Shown piece after piece: positions 21,065 to 29,630 of a stretch of DNA of 58,883 nucleotides. The translations under genes were made by a program, and so were the position numbers. The notes under the pieces are model-generated. The model saw nothing but the letters and a program-made list of their open reading frames with translations, did not search any database and had not been told where the DNA came from. The stretch spans positions 1 through 58,883 of the forward strand of contig PBIU01000009.1 of assembly GCA_002720535.1 (NCBI GenBank). The letters run 5' to 3'. This DNA is from Candidatus Pelagibacterales bacterium (lineage in GTDB: Bacteria > Pseudomonadota > Alphaproteobacteria > TMED109). Every line of letters starts with the position of its first letter. Positions within the stretch are counted from its first letter, which is position 1.

Positions 21065-21850
21065 TTGCGGTTTATATTAATAATATTAATTACTCTGATC
21101 TTGAAGACAACCTCTGCTAGCGCAAATTCAGTTAATTATTTTAATTTTGAGTGCAAAGGCGTTCTAAGAATGGGTGATATTTCCTCTATTGCAAAATGGA
21201 ATATTAATTTTATTAATTCTAATAGAGCTACTTTAGACTTATATTATGATAATAAGAAAAAATCAGCAGACTTGAGAGTATCAATTCAAAAAAATAAGGA
21301 TTTTTATGCCAATGGTAAATGGCGGAGTCAAACTACTCAAGGGGGAAGATTTGTTAGATTAAAATATATAAATTCTACTATGGACCTGACTCTTGGTCCA
21401 AATGGAAATAATTCACTAAGAGTAGATGGAAAATGTTCAAAAAAAGAAGTTAGCCTTGAACTGCCAAAAAAGGATATCCCTATAAAGAAAATTAAAGATA
21501 TAATTTTTATTATAAAGGAACATAGCAAATATTCTATTAACCATCCAGATAATGCGGATAATATTTTAAGACATTTAAAGCATACATGTCATGCAATTGA
21601 CTCTTCTTTAGTGGATGAACGACCAATGCCTGCAGGCGAAGAAAGTTTATCTGATCTATTAGCTGGAATCGATAAGAATATAAGTGAGCAAAATACTGTT
21701 ATTGGTAAGATAAAAGAGGTCTCTAGTAATTCAAAAGATATGTGTCAAAAATATCTTTATTCTTGGGAGAAAAATTATGAATTACTAGAGACTGCAAGTT
21801 ATATAAATAAAAATTTTACTAATTTATATAACGAGTTAGACAATAAGTAA
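21065..21850 (+). CDS. Exported hypothetical protein
   Basis: 261 aa, TTG start, signal-peptide-like MRFILIILITLILKTTSASA. No recognisable family. Confidence 0.5.
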   Translation: MRFILIILITLILKTTSASANSVNYFNFECKGVLRMGDISSIAKWNINFINSNRATLDLYYDNKKKSADLRVSIQKNKDFYANGKWRSQTTQGGRFVRLKYINSTMDLTLGPNGNNSLRVDGKCSKKEVSLELPKKDIPIKKIKDIIFIIKEHSKYSINHPDNADNILRHLKHTCHAIDSSLVDERPMPAGEESLSDLLAGIDKNISEQNTVIGKIKEVSSNSKDMCQKYLYSWEKNYELLETASYINKNFTNLYNELDNK

Positions 21851-22108
21851 TTAAAGATTTACTCTATTTTCATTTCTCAGAGTAATAATTTTGTTAACTA
21901 ACTTTTTTTGATCTTCATTTAAAAAACTATACATAGTTTTTTTATTACTTACAGCATTAGAATTTCCATCGCTCGCCAATTCTTCAACCACCAAATATGA
22001 ATTAACCAGTTTATCAGCACTAATTTTATTAGCAGGACCTGCTAAAGAACTACCCACTGCAAAAAATCCTAGCATAACAACTACAACTAAATTTCTTAAA
22101 AAATACAT
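21851..22108 (-). CDS. Small exported hypothetical protein
   Basis: 85 aa. N-terminal hydrophobic signal (VVVVMLGFFAVGSSLAG). Convergent with the previous gene, with abutting stops. Confidence 0.5.
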   Translation of the reverse strand: MYFLRNLVVVVMLGFFAVGSSLAGPANKISADKLVNSYLVVEELASDGNSNAVSNKKTMYSFLNEDQKKLVNKIITLRNENRVNL

Positions 22109-22207
22109 TTATAAATTCCCTAATTAAATTAAATATGTTTTTACTACGCAAGTTCTATAAAAATAGATTAGTATAATTAAATATTTTTTTATATTAAGGG
22201 AATAACA

Positions 22208-22918
22208 TTGATAAAAGCTCTCATTTTTGATGTTTTTGGAACAGTTGTAGATTGGCGAACTTCTGTAATTGAAGAATGTATTTCATTAGAAAAACATACA
22301 GGAATTTCTGGCGATTGGGAGAAACTGACAGATATGTGGCGTCAGAATTATATGCCATCAATGGATAAAGTAAGAAATGGGAAGAGAAAATGGGTAAACC
22401 TAGATACTTTGCATAAAGAATCTTTAATTAATATTTTAAAAGAATTAAATATTACAGGTTTAACTGATGAAAATATAGACCACCTTAATAAGTCTTGGCA
22501 TCGATTAAAACCATGGAGTGATGTTGTAGAAGGTCTTAATTTGCTTAAATCTAAGTACTCTATATCCACTCTATCTAACGGAGGAATAGATTTATTATCT
22601 AACATGGCTAAAAAACAAAATTTACCATGGGATAATATTTTTTCGGCTGAAACATTTCTGCATTATAAACCTGACCCAGAAACATATTTGGGTGCAGCAA
22701 AAATACTCAAGCTTTTACCAGAAGAAGTAATGCTAGTTGCCGCACATAACCAAGATTTGCTAGCAGCAAAAAAATATGGTTTAAAAACAGCATTTGTTCT
22801 AAGGTCTAATGAATATGGTCCTAATCAAGACTTTGATTTAGAAGCAGATGAAAAAATAGATGTTTCTGCATCAAATTTTATTGAGCTTTTTGATAAATTA
22901 AATTCATATAATATATAA
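22208..22918 (+). CDS. Type II haloacid dehalogenase-like HAD hydrolase
   Basis: 236 aa. N-terminal IFDVFGTVVDW (nucleophile Asp), LSNG, and a HYKPDPETY motif as in L-2-haloacid dehalogenases. Confidence 0.8.
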   Translation: MIKALIFDVFGTVVDWRTSVIEECISLEKHTGISGDWEKLTDMWRQNYMPSMDKVRNGKRKWVNLDTLHKESLINILKELNITGLTDENIDHLNKSWHRLKPWSDVVEGLNLLKSKYSISTLSNGGIDLLSNMAKKQNLPWDNIFSAETFLHYKPDPETYLGAAKILKLLPEEVMLVAAHNQDLLAAKKYGLKTAFVLRSNEYGPNQDFDLEADEKIDVSASNFIELFDKLNSYNI

Positions 22919-22932
22919 ATTAGGAGGAAATT

Positions 22933-23217
22933 ATGAAAATTTTTGTAGTAGCAACTAGAGATCCAGATAAACCAGCAGAAGATTTTGCACCTTTAATGGA
23001 TCCAGAAGCAGACTATGCTTTAAAATTATATAAAGAAGGATTTATAAGAGAAATTTATAGTCGTACTGATGGGAAAGGAGCTCTTTGCGTAGTAGAAGCT
23101 GAAAATGAAGATATAGCTCTAAGTAAATTATCTGAGTTACCATTAGCAAAAGCAGGACTTTTATCTTTTGAGGTTTATGGAACTTCAGCTTATAGAGGTA
23201 TTATTAGAGGAATTTAA
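22933..23217 (+). CDS. Small alpha+beta protein, possibly muconolactone-isomerase-like
   Basis: 94 aa with a strong SD (AGGAGG). Loose resemblance to the muconolactone delta-isomerase / ferredoxin-like fold (EGFIREIYSR..GKGALCVVEAE..LPL). The functional call is weak. Confidence 0.35.
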   Translation: MKIFVVATRDPDKPAEDFAPLMDPEADYALKLYKEGFIREIYSRTDGKGALCVVEAENEDIALSKLSELPLAKAGLLSFEVYGTSAYRGIIRGI

Positions 23218-23232
23218 TATAAGAGAGGTAAA

Positions 23233-23874
23233 ATGTTAAAATTATATCACTGTCCCAATGCTAGATCTATGAGATCACTCTGGCTTTTATATGAATTAAA
23301 TATCGATTTTGAACTAGTAGAAATGCCTTTTGATCAAAAATATACAAGGTCTCCAGAGTATTTATCTGTTCACCCTTTAGGAAGAGTTCCATGCTTAGTT
23401 CATGACCAAACAACGCTTTATGAGTCAGGCGCAATTTGCCAATATTTATGTGAAACTTTTGACAAAGAGGATAAGTTAGGACGAAGTCTTGGGCATAAAG
23501 AGCATGCTGAATGGTTACAATGGCTTCATTATGCAGAAACAGTTGCAGTTCATGGGGCTTCCCTGGTTCAGCAAAATATAATAATTGCTGAAGAGTTAAG
23601 ATCACCAGTAGTGATTAAACTTGAATCTAGAAGATTAGAAAAAGCTATAGAAGTACTTAATGATCATTTAAATGGAAGAGAATATTTACTTGAATCAGGT
23701 TTTTCTGCTGTTGATACTGCTGTTGGTTATAGTATACATATGGGAAGTATGTTTATTAAAATATCTGAATATAAAAATGTAGTAAGTTATTATAATAAAC
23801 TAAAAAATAGAGAAGCTTTTAGAAAATCTTTGCCAAAAGATGTTAATGATCCTTTAGAAGAAATTGAGGTTTAA
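23233..23874 (+). CDS. Glutathione S-transferase
   Basis: 213 aa. N-terminal thioredoxin-like GST domain (NPLGRVPCLVHD..LYESGAICQYL) plus an alpha-helical C-terminal domain. Confidence 0.85.
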   Translation: MLKLYHCPNARSMRSLWLLYELNIDFELVEMPFDQKYTRSPEYLSVHPLGRVPCLVHDQTTLYESGAICQYLCETFDKEDKLGRSLGHKEHAEWLQWLHYAETVAVHGASLVQQNIIIAEELRSPVVIKLESRRLEKAIEVLNDHLNGREYLLESGFSAVDTAVGYSIHMGSMFIKISEYKNVVSYYNKLKNREAFRKSLPKDVNDPLEEIEV

Positions 23875-23878
23875 TATT

Positions 23879-24712
23879 ATGAAAACTGATGAAACACCGT
23901 TAGCCCCAGAACCAATTGCAGACCCAGAAATAGGTAGAATAACTACTTCCTTAAGTAATAATATATTTTATATTGGTATTGACCGTCCCACAAAATTGAA
24001 CGGTTTCACACCAGAAATGTTTATGCAAATTGCTGAAGCTTTTACTGAATATGAAAATAATCATGATGCGAGATGTGCTATAGTTTTTAGCCATGGTCCA
24101 CATTTTACTGCCGGAATAGATCTTCCAAAAATAGCTCCACTAATGAAATCTGGAAATAGAGATTATTTACATCCAAAAAATCTAATAGACCCATTAGGTT
24201 TAAGAGGTCATATTAGAACAAAGCCAGTAGTTTGCGCCGTTAGAGGTATAACATTTACATATGGAGTAGAATTATCATTAGCCTGTGATGTAACTATTGC
24301 AGCAGATAATTGTAGATTCTCACAATTAGAAGTTTTAAGAGGAATAATGCCTACTGGAGGGGCTACAATTAGATTTGTTCAAAGGGCAGGTTGGGGAAAT
24401 GCGATGAAGTATTTACTTTCTGGTTTAGAGTTTAACAGTGAAGAAGCTCTAAAAATGAATATTGTACAAGAAGTTGTTAAACCTGATGAAGTTTTTAGTA
24501 GAGCTAAAGATATAGCTACTAGTATTGCAGCAGCAGCTCCGCTTGCAGTAAAGGAGACTATAAAAAGTGCTAAAATAGCCTTAGAAAAAGGAAGAGAGGC
24601 TGCTGTGTCAGAATTTGATCCCGTTCAGGAAATGCTTGCATCCAGCAATGATGCTAAAGAAGGCGTAGAAGCTTTTAAAAATAAAAAACCTCCGAGTTTC
24701 AAAGGTAATTAA
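23879..24712 (+). CDS. Enoyl-CoA hydratase/isomerase (crotonase) family protein
   Basis: ATG 23879 lies behind a GAGG SD (the track starts at TTG 23864). HFTAGIDL, GITFTYGVELSLACD, KEGVEAFKNKKPP are typical crotonase elements. Confidence 0.85.
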   Translation: MKTDETPLAPEPIADPEIGRITTSLSNNIFYIGIDRPTKLNGFTPEMFMQIAEAFTEYENNHDARCAIVFSHGPHFTAGIDLPKIAPLMKSGNRDYLHPKNLIDPLGLRGHIRTKPVVCAVRGITFTYGVELSLACDVTIAADNCRFSQLEVLRGIMPTGGATIRFVQRAGWGNAMKYLLSGLEFNSEEALKMNIVQEVVKPDEVFSRAKDIATSIAAAAPLAVKETIKSAKIALEKGREAAVSEFDPVQEMLASSNDAKEGVEAFKNKKPPSFKGN

Positions 24713-25479
24713 GAATATTGCATTTTTACCTGTCCTAAACCATCAAAATTTACAGATATAAGTGTATTTGGTTCAGCAAAAATTGGTTTATCTAATGTAT
24801 TACCTGTAGTAATAATATCTCCTGATTTAATAAACTTACCTCTACTTATAAGTTTATTTGCTAACCAACAAATAGAATTTAAAGGATCATTCAAAACATT
24901 ACTTCCTCTACCTGAGCAAACCAATTTATTATCTATATATAAATTTATAGGAGAACTGAACCTATCATAACTCTTCCAATCTCTTAATTTTTCTCCTTTT
25001 ATTAATAAAGAATGTACTCCATTATCAGATATTGTTTCCAATGCTTTAATATCCCAGCCTTTTTTATATCTAGCGTCTACGATCTCAATAACAGGGAATA
25101 TAGCCTCTATGTACTTAACAATATTGTCTTTATTATATAATTCTCCAATATCAACTATATCTTCAGTTATTTCAAAACATAATTCTGGTTCAATAATTGG
25201 CTTATTCATATAACTTTTAATATCCAAATTAGGACTTAAAAAAGTTGTTTCTTGAAACATAATTCCAGAGAAAGGTTCTGTCATTCCAGAAAATTTTTGA
25301 GCCATTTCTGTTGTACATCCTACTTTCCATCCAATTTGATTATAATTAAAGCTTTTAACAACTTGATCTTGTATTAAATAAGCCTCTTCAACATCTTTAG
25401 GAATATTATTAACTAAATCAGGAATAAGAGTATTATCATCTCTAGAATTTATTATAATTTTAGCTGTTTCATCTAACAT
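24709..25479 (-). CDS. 2-keto-4-pentenoate hydratase-like (MhpD/HpcG, FAH-fold) protein
   Basis: 256 aa. IGWKVGCT motif and C-terminal TGN/GLG elements as in MhpD-type hydratases/decarboxylases. Confidence 0.7.
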   Translation of the reverse strand: MLDETAKIIINSRDDNTLIPDLVNNIPKDVEEAYLIQDQVVKSFNYNQIGWKVGCTTEMAQKFSGMTEPFSGIMFQETTFLSPNLDIKSYMNKPIIEPELCFEITEDIVDIGELYNKDNIVKYIEAIFPVIEIVDARYKKGWDIKALETISDNGVHSLLIKGEKLRDWKSYDRFSSPINLYIDNKLVCSGRGSNVLNDPLNSICWLANKLISRGKFIKSGDIITTGNTLDKPIFAEPNTLISVNFDGLGQVKMQYS

Positions 25480-25485
25480 ATAAAC

Positions 25486-26205
25486 TTAACCTCTTCCTAA
25501 GTATGGCTGAGTTATTGGTAAAATTACGGATCCTAGAATATTTACATTAGGAGACATTGTTAGCATAGTTACGGCTAACTTACCTAAATCTTCTAAAGGA
25601 ATTAAGCCCTCTCTCTCTGAAATTTCTTCTCTCCCTTTCCAAATATTAGTAGCTGCATTTCCAGGATGAATTACACTAACTGCTACTCCATGATCTCTTC
25701 CATCTAATGCTAATGCTCTCGTTAAACCTTCGATAGCAAATTTAGTGGCCGTATAAGGAGCATTTTCAGGTCTACTCATTTGGCCAGAAATACTTCCAAT
25801 ATTAATAATTCTTCCTGACTTTTGATTTACCATTATTTTCATAGCTTCCCTTGCACACAAAAAAGCACCATTAAGATTCACATCTACAACTTTTTTCCAC
25901 AAATCATAACTCATTTCATAAGATTTTGCCTTAGCAGCCATTCCAGCATTATTAATTAAAATATCTATTTTTCCATGGTTAGACATAATATTTTCATAAA
26001 CTTTTTTAACTTGCTCTTCCTGAGTTACATCACATGTCATCATCTCTATATCAGAACCTAATTCTGCTTGTGCTTCTTTTAATATTTCTTCTTTTCTTCC
26101 TACAATTATGACTTTTGCGCCTTCTGCAAGTATTGCTTTAGCAATAGCTTTACCAATACCTGTTCCTCCACCTGTTACTAAAGCAATTTTACCTGATAAA
26201 TTCAT
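25486..26205 (-). CDS. Short-chain dehydrogenase/reductase
   Basis: 239 aa. TGGGTGIGKAIA, NNAG, YTATKFA (YxxxK). Confidence 0.85.
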   Translation of the reverse strand: MNLSGKIALVTGGGTGIGKAIAKAILAEGAKVIIVGRKEEILKEAQAELGSDIEMMTCDVTQEEQVKKVYENIMSNHGKIDILINNAGMAAKAKSYEMSYDLWKKVVDVNLNGAFLCAREAMKIMVNQKSGRIINIGSISGQMSRPENAPYTATKFAIEGLTRALALDGRDHGVAVSVIHPGNAATNIWKGREEISEREGLIPLEDLGKLAVTMLTMSPNVNILGSVILPITQPYLGRG

Positions 26206-26303
26206 ATTAACTCTCCCAAATAAATTAAATAATACTTTTTTGTATTGATTAATAACTTTATACTAAATTATTATTTTTTCATAACTAAAAGGTGTAATTT
26301 AAT

Positions 26304-27173
26304 ATGAATAAAGAATTTAATAATTCATTATTAGTAGAAACAGATTGGCTAGAAAAAAATTATAATAATAAAAACCTGCGAATATTTGATTGTACTGTAT
26401 ACCTTAATTACCATCCTACTAAAATATACACTATAGAGTCAGGAATAGAGGATTATAATAAAGAACATATTCCCAATTCAGACTTTTTAGATATTAATGA
26501 TATCTCAGAAAAAAATACCCCATATCGTTTTATGATGCCAGATCAAAATACTTTTGATAAAATAATGTCTTCTAAAGGGATTGGACAAGATACTCATGTA
26601 ATTTTATATAGTAGAGATAATATTCAATGGGCAACAAGAGTGTGGTGGATGCTAAGATCTATGGGTTTTAATAATGCTTCAATATTAAATGGTGGCTTTG
26701 ATCGATGGAAATACGAAAACAAACCAATAACTAGCGATAATATAAACTATCCAAAAAATATTTTTAAAAGTGTACCTAAAAAAGGTTATTTTTGTACAAA
26801 AGAAGAAGTAAAAAAATATATTACAAATAATAATATTTCTATCATAAATGCTTTAAGAAGATCCTTACATAATGGAACTTTCTCAGTTGATTACGGTCGT
26901 CCAGGCCATATTAAAAATAGTATAAATATTCCAAGCTCAGATATGGTTGACGATAAAACAAAACTATATAAACCGTTATATGAATTGGAAGAAATATTTA
27001 ACAAATATAATGTTTTAAAAAAAGAAAAAGTAATTGCATATTGCGGTGGAGGTATAGCAGCTACTAATATTGCTTTTATATTAACTAACTTAGGTTATAA
27101 TAATGTTGCAGTTTATGACGCTTCTTTATCAGAATGGGCTAACGATAATAGCTTACCAATGTCAGTAGACTAA
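26304..27173 (+). CDS. Two-domain rhodanese sulfurtransferase (thiosulfate/3-mercaptopyruvate type)
   Basis: 289 aa with tandem rhodanese domains. Active-site loop YCGGGIAAT. Also HIPNS and HIKNSINIP. Confidence 0.85.
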   Translation: MNKEFNNSLLVETDWLEKNYNNKNLRIFDCTVYLNYHPTKIYTIESGIEDYNKEHIPNSDFLDINDISEKNTPYRFMMPDQNTFDKIMSSKGIGQDTHVILYSRDNIQWATRVWWMLRSMGFNNASILNGGFDRWKYENKPITSDNINYPKNIFKSVPKKGYFCTKEEVKKYITNNNISIINALRRSLHNGTFSVDYGRPGHIKNSINIPSSDMVDDKTKLYKPLYELEEIFNKYNVLKKEKVIAYCGGGIAATNIAFILTNLGYNNVAVYDASLSEWANDNSLPMSVD

Positions 27174-27218
27174 ATCTTTTTTTTTATGTACTCTAAGAAA
27201 TAAAATTTGGGATTAAAA

Positions 27219-27977
27219 ATGCTTACTGAGAAACAAATCAATGAATATAGTGAAAAAGGTTTTACTATTTTAGATTATCAATTATCTGACTTAGAATTAG
27301 ATGAAATCAAAAGTAAGTATGACAATATTTTAAAAAAACACCCAGAATTTAAAGATTATTGTCCAACATTACTTAAATACGATAGAAATTTCTTAAAATA
27401 TGCTCAAGACCCAGAAATTTTAAACTGTGTTAAACAAGTCATAGGACCAAATTTAGCTGTTTGGAATCAAAGTTTTTTTGCCAAACCAGGAATAAATGGG
27501 AAAGAAACTCCTTGGCATCAAGATGGAGCTTATTGGCCTATTAGACCTTTAGCTACCTGTACAGTTTGGTTAGCAGTAGATGACTCAAATATAGAAAATG
27601 GTTGCCTTAAATATATGCCAGGCTCGCATAAGAGAAAAGATTTAAAAAAACATAAGACTGATAATACTGAAAATTATACACTGAACCAAGAAATAGACCC
27701 TTCAGAATATAGTGAAGACAAAGCTTTTCATCTACAATTAAAGGCAGGCCAAATGGCTCTACATGATGTGTTTATAGTGCATGGATCAGGAGTAAATACT
27801 TCTCCTTACTCGAGGAGAGGAATGACAATCAGATATATGCCTACAACATCAGTATTTGATAGAAAGCTTGCAGCTGATCAGGAAAAAAAGTTTAATTTAG
27901 ATCATGCTCATCGAACTTTATATCTAATGAGCGGTATTGATGAATCTGGTAAAAATGACTTCATAGTAAGAAGCTAA
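27219..27977 (+). CDS. Phytanoyl-CoA dioxygenase (PhyH)-family Fe(II)/2OG oxygenase
   Basis: TPWHQDGAYWP (HxD), HDVFIVHGSGVN, RRGMTIRY. ATG 27219 is preferred over the track's TTG 27207. Confidence 0.8.
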   Translation: MLTEKQINEYSEKGFTILDYQLSDLELDEIKSKYDNILKKHPEFKDYCPTLLKYDRNFLKYAQDPEILNCVKQVIGPNLAVWNQSFFAKPGINGKETPWHQDGAYWPIRPLATCTVWLAVDDSNIENGCLKYMPGSHKRKDLKKHKTDNTENYTLNQEIDPSEYSEDKAFHLQLKAGQMALHDVFIVHGSGVNTSPYSRRGMTIRYMPTTSVFDRKLAADQEKKFNLDHAHRTLYLMSGIDESGKNDFIVRS

Positions 27978-27992
27978 TGTAATTATATAAAT

Positions 27993-28283
27993 ATGAATCA
28001 TTCACCTGCAAAACCAACTACTCAATTAGATAATAAATTTGTAAGAGTTACAAAATGGTTTTTTCCACCAAATTCTGAAACGGGCATGCATATCCATGAA
28101 ATGGATTATGTAGTAGTACCTTTGACTAGTGGAGTATTAACGATAGAAAACCCAGATAAAACTTTTAGTAAATCAGAACTTAATAAAGGCGAATCTTACT
28201 CACGTAATAAAGGTGTGCATCATAATGTTATAAACAAAAATGACTTTAATTTTACCTTTATTGAGATTGAAATTAAAAAATAA
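27993..28283 (+). CDS. Small cupin-domain protein
   Basis: 96 aa. GMHIHEMDYVVVPLTSG...GVHHNVIN matches the cupin motifs. Confidence 0.65.
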   Translation: MNHSPAKPTTQLDNKFVRVTKWFFPPNSETGMHIHEMDYVVVPLTSGVLTIENPDKTFSKSELNKGESYSRNKGVHHNVINKNDFNFTFIEIEIKK

Positions 28284-28287
28284 TTAT

Positions 28288-28794
28288 TTAACTTAGTTTA
28301 GATTTAATCTGTAAAGACAATAAAGAAATCAAACAATATCCAGTAAAGTAATAAAAGCCAACCTCTAAAGTTGCATCTAACATATTAGATGCTTTACTTC
28401 CTAAATATGCAATAAATGCTCCAACAGCAAAGACGTCTGCCATAGACCATCTTCCTATTCTAAATATAAAGTTATGGGCAGATGATTTACCTGATATTTC
28501 TCCAAAAAAGAAAACCCATAAAATCACAACTCCTTTTAGCACAGGAATCATCACACTAAAAAATAATATTAAAAATGAAACTAAGTAATAACCGCCCTCA
28601 TATAATGTGTCTACGGCTTGTAAAATAGATTGCTTATATTTAAATACTTCTTGTCCTGCATATTCCGCAGAAATTGTCATCATTGGTTGAGTAACACCAA
28701 AATATAAAAGTAAAAAAGAAATTAGTAATAATATAAATGATGCCGTATTCCTAAAATTGAAAGGCACCATATTAAAATTGAATAAATTATTCAT
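28288..28794 (-). CDS. PqiA-family (paraquat-inducible protein A-like) integral membrane protein, single domain
   Basis: 168 aa, 4 TM segments. RIGRWSMADVFAVGAFIAYL matches the conserved GRWSM.DVF element of PqiA. Confidence 0.6.
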   Translation of the reverse strand: MNNLFNFNMVPFNFRNTASFILLLISFLLLYFGVTQPMMTISAEYAGQEVFKYKQSILQAVDTLYEGGYYLVSFLILFFSVMIPVLKGVVILWVFFFGEISGKSSAHNFIFRIGRWSMADVFAVGAFIAYLGSKASNMLDATLEVGFYYFTGYCLISLLSLQIKSKLS

Positions 28795-28884
28795 TTATTT
28801 TCCCCTATTAGCAATCATAATTTAACTAAGCACATTTAAGATAAAAAAGAAATAATTTACTTAAAATTTAATTTATTATAATAC

Positions 28885-28913
28885 TTGGCAAAAGTTATAT
28901 ACATTGCTATAGA
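28885..28913 (+). promoter_or_regulatory. Candidate sigma70-type promoter of tRNA-Asn
   Basis: TTGGCA (28885-28890), 17-nt spacer, TATAGA (28908-28913), about 11 nt before the mature tRNA 5' end. Confidence 0.35.
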
Positions 28914-28924
28914 CTACTTAGTGT

Positions 28925-28999
28925 TCCGCGGTAGCTCAGTGGTAGAGCAATCGGCTGTTAACCGATCGGTCGTAAGTTCGAATCTTACCCGCGGAGCCA
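28925..28999 (+). tRNA. tRNA-Asn (anticodon GUU)
   Basis: Hand-folded 75 nt. Acceptor TCCGCGG/CCGCGGA, D-arm GCTC-AGTGGTA-GAGC, anticodon stem ATCGG/CCGAT with loop CTGTTAA (GTT), T-arm GTAAG-TTCGAAT-CTTAC, discriminator G, encoded CCA. Confidence 0.95.
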
Positions 29000-29004
29000 T
29001 TTAA
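28949..29004 (+). repeat. attL-type direct repeat (3' 51 nt of tRNA-Asn plus 5 nt of flank)
   Basis: 56 nt, identical to 39252-39307 except for one position (G28996 vs A39299). Confidence 0.9.
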
Positions 29005-29057
29005 TTCCTTGATGTACCTAGGTTTATTGTAGTTAATAATTTTGCAAAATTTTCTAG

Positions 29058-29126
29058 GTGGCCAAAATGTGGCCAATGAAAAACTTAAAAAAAATAGGTG
29101 GCCAAAAGGTCAATCGGTTTTTTATA
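29058..29126 (+). repeat. Left-end GTGGCCAA motif array (candidate arm-type or iteron sites)
   Basis: GTGGCCAA at 29058, 29069 (11-bp phasing) and 29098. Block GGTGGCCAAAAGGTCAATCGGTTTTTTA has a counterpart at 39097-39129. The 18-mer TGGCCAAAATGTGGCCAA (29059-29076) is identical to 39131-39148. Confidence 0.6.
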
Positions 29127-29388
29127 GATAATTATTAAAAAAAACCCAGAAATCAGGAAAAAACACTATAAATTCCAAGGATATTCCATTTTAGTACACC
29201 ATCGAGGAAAATTATAAAAGCGCCTCATATTATCTTTATCTGTAGATATAATACCTTCTCTAAGAGTGCATCTTACACCTGTAAATATATTCTCTTTTAT
29301 ATATACTTCAATGTTACTAATTACTTCTTAGTAAATTTAGCTTACCATAAATTTATTAAATGTGAATGGGGAGAATAAAATCTAAAAT

Positions 29389-29417
29389 TTGACAGAACGT
29401 CTTTTTAAGATTAATAT
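29389..29417 (+). promoter_or_regulatory. Candidate promoter inside the island leader
   Basis: Consensus -35 TTGACA (29389-29394), 17-nt spacer, TAATAT (29412-29417). An intrinsic terminator follows within about 40 nt. Confidence 0.3.
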
Positions 29418-29432
29418 TAATTTTCAACATTG

Positions 29433-29464
29433 GTCTGTGAAATAAAATCACAGGCTTTTTTTTT
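29433..29464 (+). terminator. Intrinsic terminator-like hairpin plus T9
   Basis: Stem GTCTGTGA/TCACAGGC (8 bp including one G-U) at 29433-29440 / 29448-29455, 7-nt loop, then T9 (29456-29464). Confidence 0.5.
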
Positions 29465-29497
29465 GCGTGAATTGTAATTTTTTTTTGCAAGCAATGT

Positions 29498-29573
29498 CCA
29501 ATTCTCTTTCTCTAAATTTAAAAGCCTTCAATGGAATTGCAAAAGGCTTTTAAATTTAGAGAAAGAGAATTGG
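29498..29573. repeat. 31-bp perfect inverted repeat with a 14-nt spacer
   Basis: CCAATTCTCTTTCTCTAAATTTAAAAGCCTT (29498-28528 read as 29498-29528) is the exact reverse complement of 29543-29573. Verified base by base. Lies in ORF-free DNA. Confidence 0.9.
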
Positions 29574-29630
29574 GGTAACTCCCCATTATTTTTTCTTCTT
29601 ATTTTTCTCTCTGAATTTGCGAGCCATAAC

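Noticed and set aside
28288-28794. Considered whether the PqiA-like gene belongs to the island.
   Set aside because: It lies upstream of the intact tRNA 5' end, outside the direct repeats, and abuts core genes with a 4-nt spacer. I treat it as core flank.
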